The notes: generated by a model not told the origin, from the sequence alone. Positions 1-8,282 are shown, counted from the first letter of the stretch. The stretch: 13,528 nucleotides of DNA from an uncultured Eubacteriales bacterium (GCA_964631135.1 CAZVVZ010000019.1:1-13528); one strand, 5' to 3'. Translations and numbers: made by a program.

Positions 1-27
1 ATAGGTCTTTTGACCTATTTTTTATTC
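1..27 (+). terminator. Rho-independent terminator of the gene upstream of the window (may be truncated at the window edge)
   Basis: Perfect inverted repeat ATAGGTC (1-7) / GACCTAT (12-18) with a TTTT loop, followed by the T-run TTTTTTATT (19-27). Confidence 0.55.
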
Positions 28-33
28 TACATA

Positions 34-65
34 TTGCAAAAGTGGTAGAAAAAGATTATTATAAT
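34..65 (+). promoter_or_regulatory. Candidate sigma-A promoter of the dcw cluster (Pmra equivalent)
   Basis: TTGCAA (34-39), a 17-bp spacer, then TATTAT (57-62). A perfect TATAAT at 60-65 overlaps it but would need a 20-bp spacer. It lies about 60 bp upstream of the mraZ start and directly after the upstream terminator. Confidence 0.5.
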
Positions 66-97
66 CATGAAAGTGGTTGGAAGTGGAGTAAAGTGGT
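40..97 (+). promoter_or_regulatory. MraZ operator: direct AAGTGG(T/A) boxes
   Basis: AAGTGGT at 71-77, AAGTGGA at 81-87 and AAGTGGT at 91-97 have exact 10-bp periodicity. A fourth AAGTGGT sits at 40-46 inside the promoter spacer. This matches the published GTGG-type direct-repeat MraZ sites with 10-bp phasing near Pmra. Confidence 0.6.
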
Positions 98-125
98 ATG
101 AGATTCCACGAAAGAGGTGAGAAGT

Positions 126-557
126 TTGTTCATAGGCGAGTATAGACATAGCTTAGATGTGAAAGGCAGAATTATTGTCCCGGCTAAGTTTAGAGACGGT
201 TTAGGAGATAAGTTCGTCTTAACTAAGGGATTAGATGGCTGTTTGTTTGCATATTCTAAAGATGAATGGACGAACTTTGAAAATAAAACAAAAGAACTTC
301 CACTTACAAATAAAGACGCAAGAGCTTTTGTGAGATTTTTCTTTTCGGGAGCTGTTGAGTGCGAGATTGATAAACAGGGACGGACATTGATACCACCAAT
401 GTTAAGAGAATATGCCGGACTAAATAAAGATCTTGTTATTATCGGTGTTTCTACCAGAGTTGAATTATGGAGTCAGGAGAAATGGGATAATTACAGTGAG
501 GCTGAAGATTTAGAGGCAGACGTACTGGCTGAAAAAATGGCTGAGTTGGGAATATAA
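126..557 (+). CDS. mraZ: Transcriptional regulator MraZ
   Basis: Two SpoVT/AbrB-like halves with the characteristic DxKGR motifs ([10 protein letters not shown] and [10 protein letters not shown]), and first position in the dcw cluster. The track ORF opens at GTG 117. I prefer TTG 126, which gives the canonical MFIGEY N-terminus and lies 6 nt after the SD AGAGGTG (113-119). Confidence 0.95.
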   Translation: MFIGEYRHSLDVKGRIIVPAKFRDGLGDKFVLTKGLDGCLFAYSKDEWTNFENKTKELPLTNKDARAFVRFFFSGAVECEIDKQGRTLIPPMLREYAGLNKDLVIIGVSTRVELWSQEKWDNYSEAEDLEADVLAEKMAELGI

Positions 558-586
558 TTTTTTTAAGCCGGCTAAGGGGTGCTGAG

Positions 587-1531
587 ATGGAATTTTTACA
601 TAAACCTGTTTTACTGAAAGAGTGTATTGATAATTTAAGAATTAAACCTGATGGGTTTTACTTAGACGGAACACTCGGCGGAGCAGGACATTCTTTAGAG
701 ATTGCAAAGCTGTTAAATGAAAAAGGAATGTTAATTGGGATTGATAGAGATGCTGAGGCTATTAGTGTTTCAAGAGAAAGACTATTAGGGCTAAAGCCTA
801 CTATTAAACTGGTTAATGATAATTATAAAAATATAAAGGATGTTTTAAGTAAACTTAACATACCAATGGTTGATGGAATTTTACTTGATTTAGGGGTTTC
901 TTCTTATCAGCTGGATAATCCGGATAGAGGCTTTAGCTATCGATATGATGCACCTCTTGATATGAGAATGTGTACAGAAGATAAGCTTACTGCTAAGATG
1001 GTGGTAAACGAATATACTAAAGATGAATTGATTAGAATTTTTAGAGACTATGGTGAAGAAAAATGGGCTGTTCGTGTTGCTGAGTTCATTGTGAGGGAAA
1101 GAGAAAAGAAGGCTATTAGTACGACTTTTGAGCTTGTTGAGATAATTAAAGCGGCGATTCCTGCCGGTGCAAGAGCTGAAGGCGGACATCCTGCGAAGAG
1201 AATTTTTCAAGCGATTCGTATTGAGGTTAACGGCGAGTTGGAGAGCTTAAGAAAGTCGATTGTTGATGCTATTGACTGTTTAGCTCCTAACGGAAGGATA
1301 TGTATTATTAGTTTTCACTCACTTGAGGACAGAATAGTTAAAGAAGTTTTTAATGAAGAGGCGAAAGGGTGTGTATGTCCGCCTGATTTTCCTAAATGTG
1401 TGTGTAATAATAAAAAAAAGGTAAACATTTTAAGTAAAAAACCGATACTATCTACGGATATTGAATTGGATGATAATAATAGAGCTCATAGTGCTAAACT
1501 GAGAGTTGCTGAAAAAATTTATGACTGTTAA
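587..1531 (+). CDS. rsmH: 16S rRNA (cytosine1402-N4)-methyltransferase RsmH (MraW)
   Basis: HKPVLL N-terminus, SAM-binding [10 protein letters not shown], the [10 protein letters not shown] and SFHSLEDR motifs, and a position directly after mraZ. SD AAGGGGTG lies upstream of ATG 587. Confidence 0.97.
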   Translation: MEFLHKPVLLKECIDNLRIKPDGFYLDGTLGGAGHSLEIAKLLNEKGMLIGIDRDAEAISVSRERLLGLKPTIKLVNDNYKNIKDVLSKLNIPMVDGILLDLGVSSYQLDNPDRGFSYRYDAPLDMRMCTEDKLTAKMVVNEYTKDELIRIFRDYGEEKWAVRVAEFIVREREKKAISTTFELVEIIKAAIPAGARAEGGHPAKRIFQAIRIEVNGELESLRKSIVDAIDCLAPNGRICIISFHSLEDRIVKEVFNEEAKGCVCPPDFPKCVCNNKKKVNILSKKPILSTDIELDDNNRAHSAKLRVAEKIYDC

Positions 1532-1552
1532 AGGGCATCCCCCTTTTAACAT

Positions 1553-1713
1553 ATATACAAAAGAAGTAAGAGAAATCTTACTAATATACAAAAGATAAAA
1601 AATCCTATAAAATTTACAAAAGAACTAAAAAAATGTACGAAAGAAAAAGTTATTTACAAAAGAAAAAAGTGTTATTTACAAAAGAGAAAAGATTTTAATT
1701 TATTTACTAATGA
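1553..1713 (+). repeat. Array of direct 12-nt repeats ATWTACAAAAGA in the rsmH-ftsL spacer
   Basis: Copies start at 1553 and 1584 (ATATACAAAAGA), 1612, 1652 and 1674 (ATTTACAAAAGA), 1633 (ATGTACGAAAGA), and a degenerate one at 1702 (ATTTACTAATGA). Spacings are 31, 28, 21, 19, 22 and 28 bp. Copies 5 and 6 belong to a 22-bp tandem duplication (1649-1670 / 1671-1692). Confidence 0.8.
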
Positions 1714-1720
1714 GGAACAG

Positions 1721-1753
1721 ACAGGGGGAACTATTACATTCCCCTGTTTTGTT
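1721..1753 (+). terminator. Terminator/attenuator-like hairpin immediately upstream of the ftsL SD
   Basis: ACAGGGGGA (1721-1729) pairs with TTCCCCTGT (1739-1747): 9 bp including one G-T wobble, with a 9-nt loop. TTTGTT (1748-1753) follows. The SD GGAGGG starts 9 nt further on. Confidence 0.45.
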
Positions 1754-1772
1754 AAGTGAGAGGAGGGAAACT

Positions 1773-2237
1773 ATGGCACCACTTAGACAGGAAGATGATT
1801 ACTATTTTGAAGAGTATAGAGTGATGCCGAGTAAACCTGCTAAAGAAGTTAAAGAGGCATCGGTGCCTAAAAAGGCAAAAGCTAAAAAGACTAAAAGTAA
1901 TGTTTTTTTGGGAGTTGTATCGTTTGCTTTTGCACTTACGATAGTGTGCCGATATGCGATGATCAATAATATGAATATGGAAAATATAAAGCTCAAAGAG
2001 GAGCTTAGTAACATAAATAATACTAATGCGCAGCTACAGCTTGCGGCGGAAAAACAGGTTAATTTAAGCGAGATTGAGGAGTATGCAAAAGTTAAGTTGG
2101 GCTTTCAGAAGCCTCAAAATTACCAGATAGAGTATATCAATGTTGATAAAGAAGATTTGATTGATAATAAAGTGGCGGATACGAATAAAACGGGAATTAA
2201 AGAAATATTATTAAATATAGTTGAATTTTTTTATTAA
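1773..2237 (+). CDS. ftsL: Cell division protein FtsL-like (bitopic, coiled-coil septum formation protein)
   Basis: Lies between rsmH and the class B PBP. It has a basic N-terminal tail, one TM helix (VFLGVVSFAFALTIVCRYAMI), a coiled-coil segment, and the LSEIEEYAKVKLGFQKP motif typical of Firmicute FtsL. ATG 1773 follows the SD GAGGAGGG (1759-1766). The track start at 1710 has no SD and runs across the hairpin. Confidence 0.75.
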   Translation: MAPLRQEDDYYFEEYRVMPSKPAKEVKEASVPKKAKAKKTKSNVFLGVVSFAFALTIVCRYAMINNMNMENIKLKEELSNINNTNAQLQLAAEKQVNLSEIEEYAKVKLGFQKPQNYQIEYINVDKEDLIDNKVADTNKTGIKEILLNIVEFFY

Positions 2238-2266
2238 ATAAGGAAAATCGTTGATTTTCCTTATTT
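2236..2266 (+). terminator. Long AT-rich perfect hairpin overlapping the ftsL stop codon (possible weak or bidirectional terminator)
   Basis: AAATAAGGAAAATC (2236-2249) / GATTTTCCTTATTT (2253-2266) form a perfect 14-bp stem with a 3-nt loop. No separate T-tract follows, because the 3' arm itself ends in TTATTT. Confidence 0.4.
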
Positions 2267-2435
2267 AATATAGTAGGAAATTCCTTTGGAAAAGCGAGTA
2301 AAATGAGAAATAAAAAGGGATTTTATTACTAAGGAAGATACCTTATGTAATAGGAAGCTATTTTGAAAAATGGCAAAAAGCCATCATTAGTAAAAATTTA
2401 ATGCTCATGAATAAAGCGAGAGGGTTGGTGCTTTA

Positions 2436-4601
2436 GTGGGAAAAAATAATATGAAGTTGAGTAATAGAAGAAGGATATTGATTTTGTTCGGCGGTACTAT
2501 ATTTTTTATGGTGCTACTTGTGATTAGGCTTACTTGGGTTCAGGCTGTAGACGGCGAATGGCTGCAGGAGATGGCTTACGAGCAGCAGACTAGAGATAGG
2601 ACAATAAATTCTGCCAGGGGAACTATATATTCGTCTGACGGAAAGGTTTTAGCTATAAGTGCATCAATGGAAACTATTAGTGTTACTCCTGCACAGGTTA
2701 AAAATCAGGCGGAGCTTGCTCAGAAACTGGCGGATTTATTGGGGCTTAATTATGATGAGGTTTACGAAAAGATCAATTCTAAAGAAGCGCTTGTTACGAT
2801 TGCGAAGAATGTAGATAAAGAAACGACGGATACTTTGAGAAATTGGATATCTGAGACTAAAACTAAAGGGGTAAAGATTGATGAGTCGACTAAGAGATAT
2901 TATCCTAATAATAGTCTGGCATCTCATGTTTTAGGGTTTGTCGGTACGGATAATCAAGGCCTTTACGGAATAGAAAAGACATATGAAGATGTTTTAACAG
3001 GGGTACCGGGAAGGGTTATTTCGGAGACTGACGGTAAGGGAAATGATATTCCGTTTAGTTCTGAGGAATATTATGCTCCTCAAAACGGTAGGGATTTAGT
3101 TCTTACTTTAGATTCTTCGATTCAGTATTTTGCGGAAAAGTATTTGAAACAGGCTGTTATAGATAACGACTGCGCAAAGGGCGGAGTTGCTATTGTCATG
3201 CAACCTTCTACGGGAGATGTGCTGGCTATGGCTACAAGTCCCGATTTTGATGCAAATAATGCTTTTGGACCGTATACTGAGGAACAGGAGTTAAGCTGGG
3301 AGACTATGGATTCTTCCGAAAAAAAGACGATAAGAGAAAATATGTGGAGAAATAAGGCTATTTCGGATACTTATGAGCCGGGTTCTACTTTTAAGCTTAT
3401 TACTTTAAGCGCGGCATTAGATTCCGGAGCGATTAGTTTAGGTGATCAATTCACATGTACGGGTTCGTATGTGGCAGGCGGAGCGAGAATGAAATGCTGG
3501 AGATATTACAGACCTCATGGACTTCAGCAGTTGAAAGAATGCTTGGGAAATTCTTGTAATCCTGCTTTTATACAGATTGGTTTGAAGATGGGAAAAGAAG
3601 TTTTTTATAAATATATTGATGCTTTTGGTTTTACGGAAAAGACAGGAATCGATCTTCCGGGTGAAGCGAGTGGAATTTTCCATACAATTCAGAATGTGAA
3701 GGATGCTGAGCTTGCGACTGCTGCTTTCGGGCAGAGGTTTCAAATTACTCCGATTGCTTTAATCAGTGCTGTTTCTGCAATCGCAAATGACGGAAAGCTT
3801 ATGGAGCCGAGAATTGTGAAAGAAATTAGAGATTCTGAGGGAAATGTTTTAAGCAAGAATGAACCGAAGGTAGTCAGACAGGTTATTTCAAAACAGACTT
3901 CAGAGAATGTCAGAAGCATGATGGAGTATGTTGTGTCTGAGGGAACCGGAGGTAATGCATATATTGAAGGATATGATGTTGGTGGCAAGACGGGTACAGC
4001 TGAGCAGGGTGTCGGAGCTAATACTTGGTATGTTGCTTCCTTTGTCGGTATTGCGCCTGCCAATAATCCGGAAATTGCTGTGCTTGTGGCACTTTTTGAC
4101 CCTAAAGGTGCAAGCCATGGCGGAGGTGCGATTGCGGCACCTGTTGTTAAGAATATAATTGAAGATACGATGAGATATTTACAGATTCAGCCGAATGCAG
4201 GAAGCAGTAAAGATGTTGGTGTTATAGTTCCTGAAGTAAGAGGGCTGACGATAGCTGATGCAAAATCTAAATTAAGTGAGGCCGGGTTAAAGTTTAGTAT
4301 TAACGGTGAGCAGTCAGAGAGTGCTACTATACAGGATCAGATTCCAAAACCTAATGTTGAAGTGCTTGAAAATTCTACAGTAATTTTGTATACTGAGGCT
4401 GATGCAGATAAAGTGACGGTTACGGTTCCTAATCTTTATGGGAAAACTGTTAGTGAGGCTACGGCATTACTTAAAAATGTAGGTTTAAATATTAACATTG
4501 AGGGACTGGGAACGGTAGACAGTCAGCTGCCTAAGGCAGGAGACCAGGCGGAAAGGGGCAGTGTTGTCAGTGTTAAGTTTAAGATTACCGAAGTTGACTA
4601 G
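2436..4601 (+). CDS. Class B penicillin-binding protein (peptidoglycan D,D-transpeptidase, FtsI/PBP2B/SpoVD family) with two C-terminal PASTA domains
   Basis: N-terminal TM anchor, PBP dimerisation domain, and transpeptidase motifs STFK, SCN and KTGT. Two PASTA-like repeats are present (VPEVRGLTIADAKSKL... and VPNLYGKTVSEATALL...). Position in dcw is canonical. The start is either GTG 2436 or ATG 2451. Confidence 0.95.
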   Translation: MGKNNMKLSNRRRILILFGGTIFFMVLLVIRLTWVQAVDGEWLQEMAYEQQTRDRTINSARGTIYSSDGKVLAISASMETISVTPAQVKNQAELAQKLADLLGLNYDEVYEKINSKEALVTIAKNVDKETTDTLRNWISETKTKGVKIDESTKRYYPNNSLASHVLGFVGTDNQGLYGIEKTYEDVLTGVPGRVISETDGKGNDIPFSSEEYYAPQNGRDLVLTLDSSIQYFAEKYLKQAVIDNDCAKGGVAIVMQPSTGDVLAMATSPDFDANNAFGPYTEEQELSWETMDSSEKKTIRENMWRNKAISDTYEPGSTFKLITLSAALDSGAISLGDQFTCTGSYVAGGARMKCWRYYRPHGLQQLKECLGNSCNPAFIQIGLKMGKEVFYKYIDAFGFTEKTGIDLPGEASGIFHTIQNVKDAELATAAFGQRFQITPIALISAVSAIANDGKLMEPRIVKEIRDSEGNVLSKNEPKVVRQVISKQTSENVRSMMEYVVSEGTGGNAYIEGYDVGGKTGTAEQGVGANTWYVASFVGIAPANNPEIAVLVALFDPKGASHGGGAIAAPVVKNIIEDTMRYLQIQPNAGSSKDVGVIVPEVRGLTIADAKSKLSEAGLKFSINGEQSESATIQDQIPKPNVEVLENSTVILYTEADADKVTVTVPNLYGKTVSEATALLKNVGLNINIEGLGTVDSQLPKAGDQAERGSVVSVKFKITEVD

Positions 4602-4652
4602 AAATATTTAAAAAGTATGTAGCTATTGTGCAAAAATAAAGAAAGGAGTAGC

Positions 4653-4676
4653 ATGATTATTAAATATATCATGTAA
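4653..4676 (+). other. Candidate 7-codon leader mini-ORF (MIIKYIM) upstream of murE
   Basis: A strong SD AAAGGAG (4642-4648) lies 4 nt before ATG 4653. The TAA stop (4674-4676) is 7 nt before the murE ATG, and murE has no SD of its own. Nothing beyond the sequence layout supports it. Confidence 0.25.
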
Positions 4677-4683
4677 GAACAGT

Positions 4684-6129
4684 ATGAAATTAAGAGATTT
4701 ATTAAAGGGTGTAAAGATCGTAGATTTGAATATTAGTTTAGATGAGGAGATAAGCGACATTGTTGGGGATTCGAGGAGTATTACTGAGGGATGTGCTTTT
4801 ATATGCTTAGAGGGAACTCGGTATGATGGCCATTTATATATAGGAGATGCTATTAACTTAGGTGCAAAAGTAGCTATAACTCAGAGGAAGTTAGAGTTAT
4901 TAAATGGTGAAAAGTTTATTCAGGTAGAAGGCGGAAGAAAGGCAATTGCATGTATGGCATGCAATTTCTTTGGGAATCCGTCCGGAAAGTTTAAGCTTAT
5001 CGGTGTTACAGGAACAAAGGGAAAAACAACAACGACGTATATGATTAAATCTATTTTAGAGGAAAAGGGATACAATGTCGGAATTATAGGGACAATTGAA
5101 GCTAAGATAGGGGATAAACAGTTAATGACTTCAAGTAATACAACTCCTGATGCGATAGGGCTGCAAAGAATTTTTTCAAAAATGGCAGATGACGGTGTTG
5201 ATGCTGTGGTTATGGAAGTTTCCTCACATGCGCTTGATTTAGATAGGGTTTACGGATGTGATTTTGATGTTGCGGTATTTACGAATTTGAGTCAGGATCA
5301 TATGGATTACCACAAAAATTTTGAAAATTATTTTCAAGCAAAGAAAATCTTGTTCGGAATGTGTAAAAAAGCATTGATAAATGTTGACGATGAGTACGGT
5401 AAACGACTTTTTAATGAGGTGAGCTGTGATAAGGTATCGTTTGCGATTGATTCTGATGCAGATATAAAGGCAAGTAATTTAAAAATTACTGCACAGTCTG
5501 TTACATTTTTAGATAATGGCGAAGAGTTTAAAGTTAAGATACCCGGCAAATTCTCTGTATATAATGCTTTGGCAGGGATTGCGGTGGGGTATGAGTTCGG
5601 CTGCAGTATTTCTGAAATCAGAGGGGGATTTGATAAGCTTACGGTTCCCGGACGTTCAGAGATTGTTGATATAGGTACTGATTTTACTGTTATGGTGGAT
5701 TATGCTCATTCACCGGATAGCTTAAAGAATATTTTACTTGCGACCAGAGAGTATGTTAAAGGAAGAATTATTTGTGTGTTTGGCTGTGGCGGAGATAGGG
5801 ATAGAACTAAACGACCTATTATGGGTGAGATTTCCGGGAAATTAGCGGATATTTCTATTGTTACGTCAGATAATCCGAGAAGTGAGGAGCCGGAGGAAAT
5901 TATTTCTGAAATTGAGGAAGGGTTAAAACATATAAATAAAGAATATTTTAGAGTGCCTGATAGGGCAGAAGCGATTTTTAAGGCATTATCTATTGCCAAG
6001 AAAGATGATGTTATTGTTATTGCGGGGAAAGGCCATGAGCCATATCAGATACTGAAAGATAAAACAATTCATTTTGATGATAGGGAGCAGGTTAAAATCC
6101 AGTACGAGAGGTTAAAAAACAGGCTGTAA
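4684..6129 (+). CDS. murE: UDP-N-acetylmuramoyl-L-alanyl-D-glutamate--2,6-diaminopimelate ligase MurE
   Basis: Mur ligase P-loop GVTGTKGKTTT, the central and C-terminal Mur ligase domains, and a DNPR motif (SDNPRSEEP) that is diagnostic for meso-DAP-adding enzymes. Confidence 0.97.
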   Translation: MKLRDLLKGVKIVDLNISLDEEISDIVGDSRSITEGCAFICLEGTRYDGHLYIGDAINLGAKVAITQRKLELLNGEKFIQVEGGRKAIACMACNFFGNPSGKFKLIGVTGTKGKTTTTYMIKSILEEKGYNVGIIGTIEAKIGDKQLMTSSNTTPDAIGLQRIFSKMADDGVDAVVMEVSSHALDLDRVYGCDFDVAVFTNLSQDHMDYHKNFENYFQAKKILFGMCKKALINVDDEYGKRLFNEVSCDKVSFAIDSDADIKASNLKITAQSVTFLDNGEEFKVKIPGKFSVYNALAGIAVGYEFGCSISEIRGGFDKLTVPGRSEIVDIGTDFTVMVDYAHSPDSLKNILLATREYVKGRIICVFGCGGDRDRTKRPIMGEISGKLADISIVTSDNPRSEEPEEIISEIEEGLKHINKEYFRVPDRAEAIFKALSIAKKDDVIVIAGKGHEPYQILKDKTIHFDDREQVKIQYERLKNRL

Positions 6130-6159
6130 TACTTATCACAGAGGGGGAAAGGATTTTTC

Positions 6160-7125
6160 ATGGACAATGCAAAGTATCTTTTAGGTTCTTTTTTAGTAAC
6201 ATTTTTCTTTGGGATTTTAATTTTGTATTTTTTAAAAAAATTTCATGTTAAGCAACATGTAAGAGATGACGGCCCGGAAAGCCATTTAAAAAAAGAGGGA
6301 ACACCAAGTATGGGCGGAATAATTTTTTTGGCCGGTATAGCATTTACGACATTGTTGGCTATGAAGAAAATTTCTATTGGGCACGATAAGTTGCTCGGGT
6401 TGCTTTTTGTTACTTTAGCATTTGGATTTGTGGGTTTTATAGATGATTATATAAAAATAAAGAAGAATCGTTCTTTAGGTTTAAAGGCATGGCAGAAGAT
6501 GATTATGCTTTTGGTGGTTTCAGGCGCATTTACGGCCTTTTTACTTATGGGACTTAATTTAGGAACCGAAACATATATACCTATTTATAGGCAATATTTA
6601 GATTTGGGGTATTATTTCTTTGTGCCTTTTGCTATTTTAGTTTTAATTTCTACCACGAATGTTGTTAATATTACAGACGGATTGGACGGATTAGCGGCAG
6701 GAATTACAGTTATAATTATGACGTTTTTTACAGTAGTTGCGACTATATACGGAGACAGCCCCGTTATGACATTTTCGGCAATCGTTACCGGTGCATGTTT
6801 AGCCTTTTTAGTTTATAATTTAAATCCGGCGAAAGTGTTTATGGGAGATACGGGTTCCCTTGCATTAGGCGGCGCGATTGGTGCGGTTTCATTAGCTTTA
6901 CAGGTGCCTATTTTATTGGTATTAGTTGCAGGAGTTTGTGTGGTTGAAGCGCTTTCAGATATTATTCAGGTTGTGTATTTTAAGGCTACAGGAGGAAAGA
7001 GAGTATTCAAAATGGCTCCGCTTCATCATCATTTAGAATTAAGCGGTTGGAGCGAGAAAAAAATCGTATGGACTTTTTGGATATTAAGCATAGTTTTTGC
7101 AGTTGTGGCATTTATTTTACTATAA
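6160..7125 (+). CDS. mraY: Phospho-N-acetylmuramoyl-pentapeptide transferase MraY
   Basis: Polytopic membrane protein with the NITDGLDGLA motif, the DTGSLALGG motif and the PLHHHLE motif. SD GAGGGGGAAAGG precedes ATG 6160. Confidence 0.97.
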   Translation: MDNAKYLLGSFLVTFFFGILILYFLKKFHVKQHVRDDGPESHLKKEGTPSMGGIIFLAGIAFTTLLAMKKISIGHDKLLGLLFVTLAFGFVGFIDDYIKIKKNRSLGLKAWQKMIMLLVVSGAFTAFLLMGLNLGTETYIPIYRQYLDLGYYFFVPFAILVLISTTNVVNITDGLDGLAAGITVIIMTFFTVVATIYGDSPVMTFSAIVTGACLAFLVYNLNPAKVFMGDTGSLALGGAIGAVSLALQVPILLVLVAGVCVVEALSDIIQVVYFKATGGKRVFKMAPLHHHLELSGWSEKKIVWTFWILSIVFAVVAFILL

Positions 7126-7149
7126 GAAAGTTTTCGTGAGGTGTACATA

Positions 7150-8259
7150 ATGAGATCTAAATTGAAACCGTTTGATTATACATTATTTACCGTAGTTCTA
7201 ATTATTTTCGGATTAGGACTTCTTATGGTACTTAGTGCAAGTTCGCATTTAGGAATGTTAAGTTACGGTACACCGTATTACTTTTTTATTCGTCAGCTTA
7301 TTTTTGGTGTTGCAGGAATAGGAGTAATGCTGTTTTTATCCAGATGGGATTATAAATTTTATAAGAAGTGGTCAGGTCTGATATTTTTATGTGCGATATT
7401 TTTATTAGGCTTGGTTTTAATACCGGGAGTAGGATCAGGAGACGTACGTGGAGCTAAAAGGTGGATAAATATTAAGTTCTTTAATTTGCAGCCGTCTGAA
7501 GTTGCAAAACTTGCAGTTATAATTTTCCTATCCGCAAGAATTTCTATGAATCCGGAAAAGATTAAGTTATTTTGGCACGGTCTGGTACCGTATTTAGTTC
7601 TTATCGGGGTGATAGTGGCACTTTTATACCTTGAGCCTCATTATAGCGCACTGGGCTTAGTTGCGATAATTTCAGTTGTAATTTTGTTTGTGGGCGGTGC
7701 GAAACTAATTCATTTTGTAATTTTGACTTTAGCTATGGTGCCGGTTGGCATACTTGGTATATATATATCTGATTACAGATTGGATAGAATTACAGGCTTT
7801 TTAGATCCGTGGGCAGATATGAAGGATACCGGTTGGCAAGTTGTCCAGTCTTTGTATGCTCTCGGAAGCGGAGGAATATTTGGACTCGGTTTGGGGCAAA
7901 GTAGACAGAAGTATTCGTATTTGCCTGATGCACATAATGATTTTATTTTAGCTATTTTGGGAGAAGAGCTTGGGTTAATTGGAATGATAATTGTTATGGG
8001 TTTATTCGCTATATTGATTTGGCGTGGATTTGTTATTGCGACAAAGGCACCGGATATGTTTTCAAGCCTTTTAGCGACAGGTATAACTATGCTTATAGCG
8101 GTTCAGCTGGTACTTAATATTGCGATTATTACTTCATGGTTTCCCGTTACAGGTATGCCGGTACCGTTTATGAGTTATGGGGGTACGTCAATGATAATTT
8201 TTATGGCAAGTGTGGGAATATTACTTAATATTTCACGTCATCAACGTACAGAAAAATAG
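7150..8259 (+). CDS. ftsW: SEDS-family peptidoglycan glycosyltransferase FtsW/SpoVE
   Basis: About 10 TM segments with SEDS motifs (LQPSEVAKL, PDAHNDFI, FPVTGMPVPFMSYGGTS) in a dcw context. I prefer ATG 7150, 6 nt after the SD GAGGTG (7138-7143), over the track start at GTG 7141. Confidence 0.9.
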   Translation: MRSKLKPFDYTLFTVVLIIFGLGLLMVLSASSHLGMLSYGTPYYFFIRQLIFGVAGIGVMLFLSRWDYKFYKKWSGLIFLCAIFLLGLVLIPGVGSGDVRGAKRWINIKFFNLQPSEVAKLAVIIFLSARISMNPEKIKLFWHGLVPYLVLIGVIVALLYLEPHYSALGLVAIISVVILFVGGAKLIHFVILTLAMVPVGILGIYISDYRLDRITGFLDPWADMKDTGWQVVQSLYALGSGGIFGLGLGQSRQKYSYLPDAHNDFILAILGEELGLIGMIIVMGLFAILIWRGFVIATKAPDMFSSLLATGITMLIAVQLVLNIAIITSWFPVTGMPVPFMSYGGTSMIIFMASVGILLNISRHQRTEK

Positions 8260-8282
8260 TTAATACAAGAAAGGAAGAAATT

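Noticed and set aside
1370-1405. [13 protein letters not shown] four-cysteine cluster near the RsmH C-terminus, considered as a possible novel metal site
   Set aside because: As far as I recall, a CxCP...PxCxC segment is common in Gram-positive RsmH homologs, so it is probably a family feature and not a novelty.
1412-1419. An A8 homopolymer inside rsmH (a similar A8 occurs near 11553-11560), considered as possible slippage or phase-variation tracts
   Set aside because: They encode Lys-rich stretches in frame within intact ORFs. Runs of this length are expected by chance in a genome this AT-rich, and no frameshifted continuation is visible.
1530-1547. A short hairpin AAAGGG/CCCTTT overlapping the rsmH stop, considered as a terminator
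   Set aside because: The stem is only 6 bp with three G-C pairs and has no independent T-tract, which is too weak to call. It is noted only as context for the spacer finding.
1710-1772. A 21-codon N-terminal extension of ftsL from ATG 1710, as given in the ORF track
   Set aside because: No SD precedes 1710 and the extension would be translated straight through the 1721-1747 hairpin. ATG 1773 has a near-perfect GAGGAGGG SD at the correct distance.
2401-2436. An 11-codon upstream ORF (MLMNKARGLVL) whose TAG stop overlaps the GTG 2436 start of the PBP gene
   Set aside because: The TAGTG overlap looks like translational coupling, but there is no SD upstream of ATG 2401. The PBP may also start at ATG 2451, so this could be coincidence in AT-rich DNA.
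3928-4158. Same-strand 76-aa ORF overlapping the PBP transpeptidase domain in another frame
   Set aside because: It is embedded in the most conserved part of the PBP (the KTGT region). It has no SD and an arbitrary L/R-rich sequence, so it is most simply a chance open frame.
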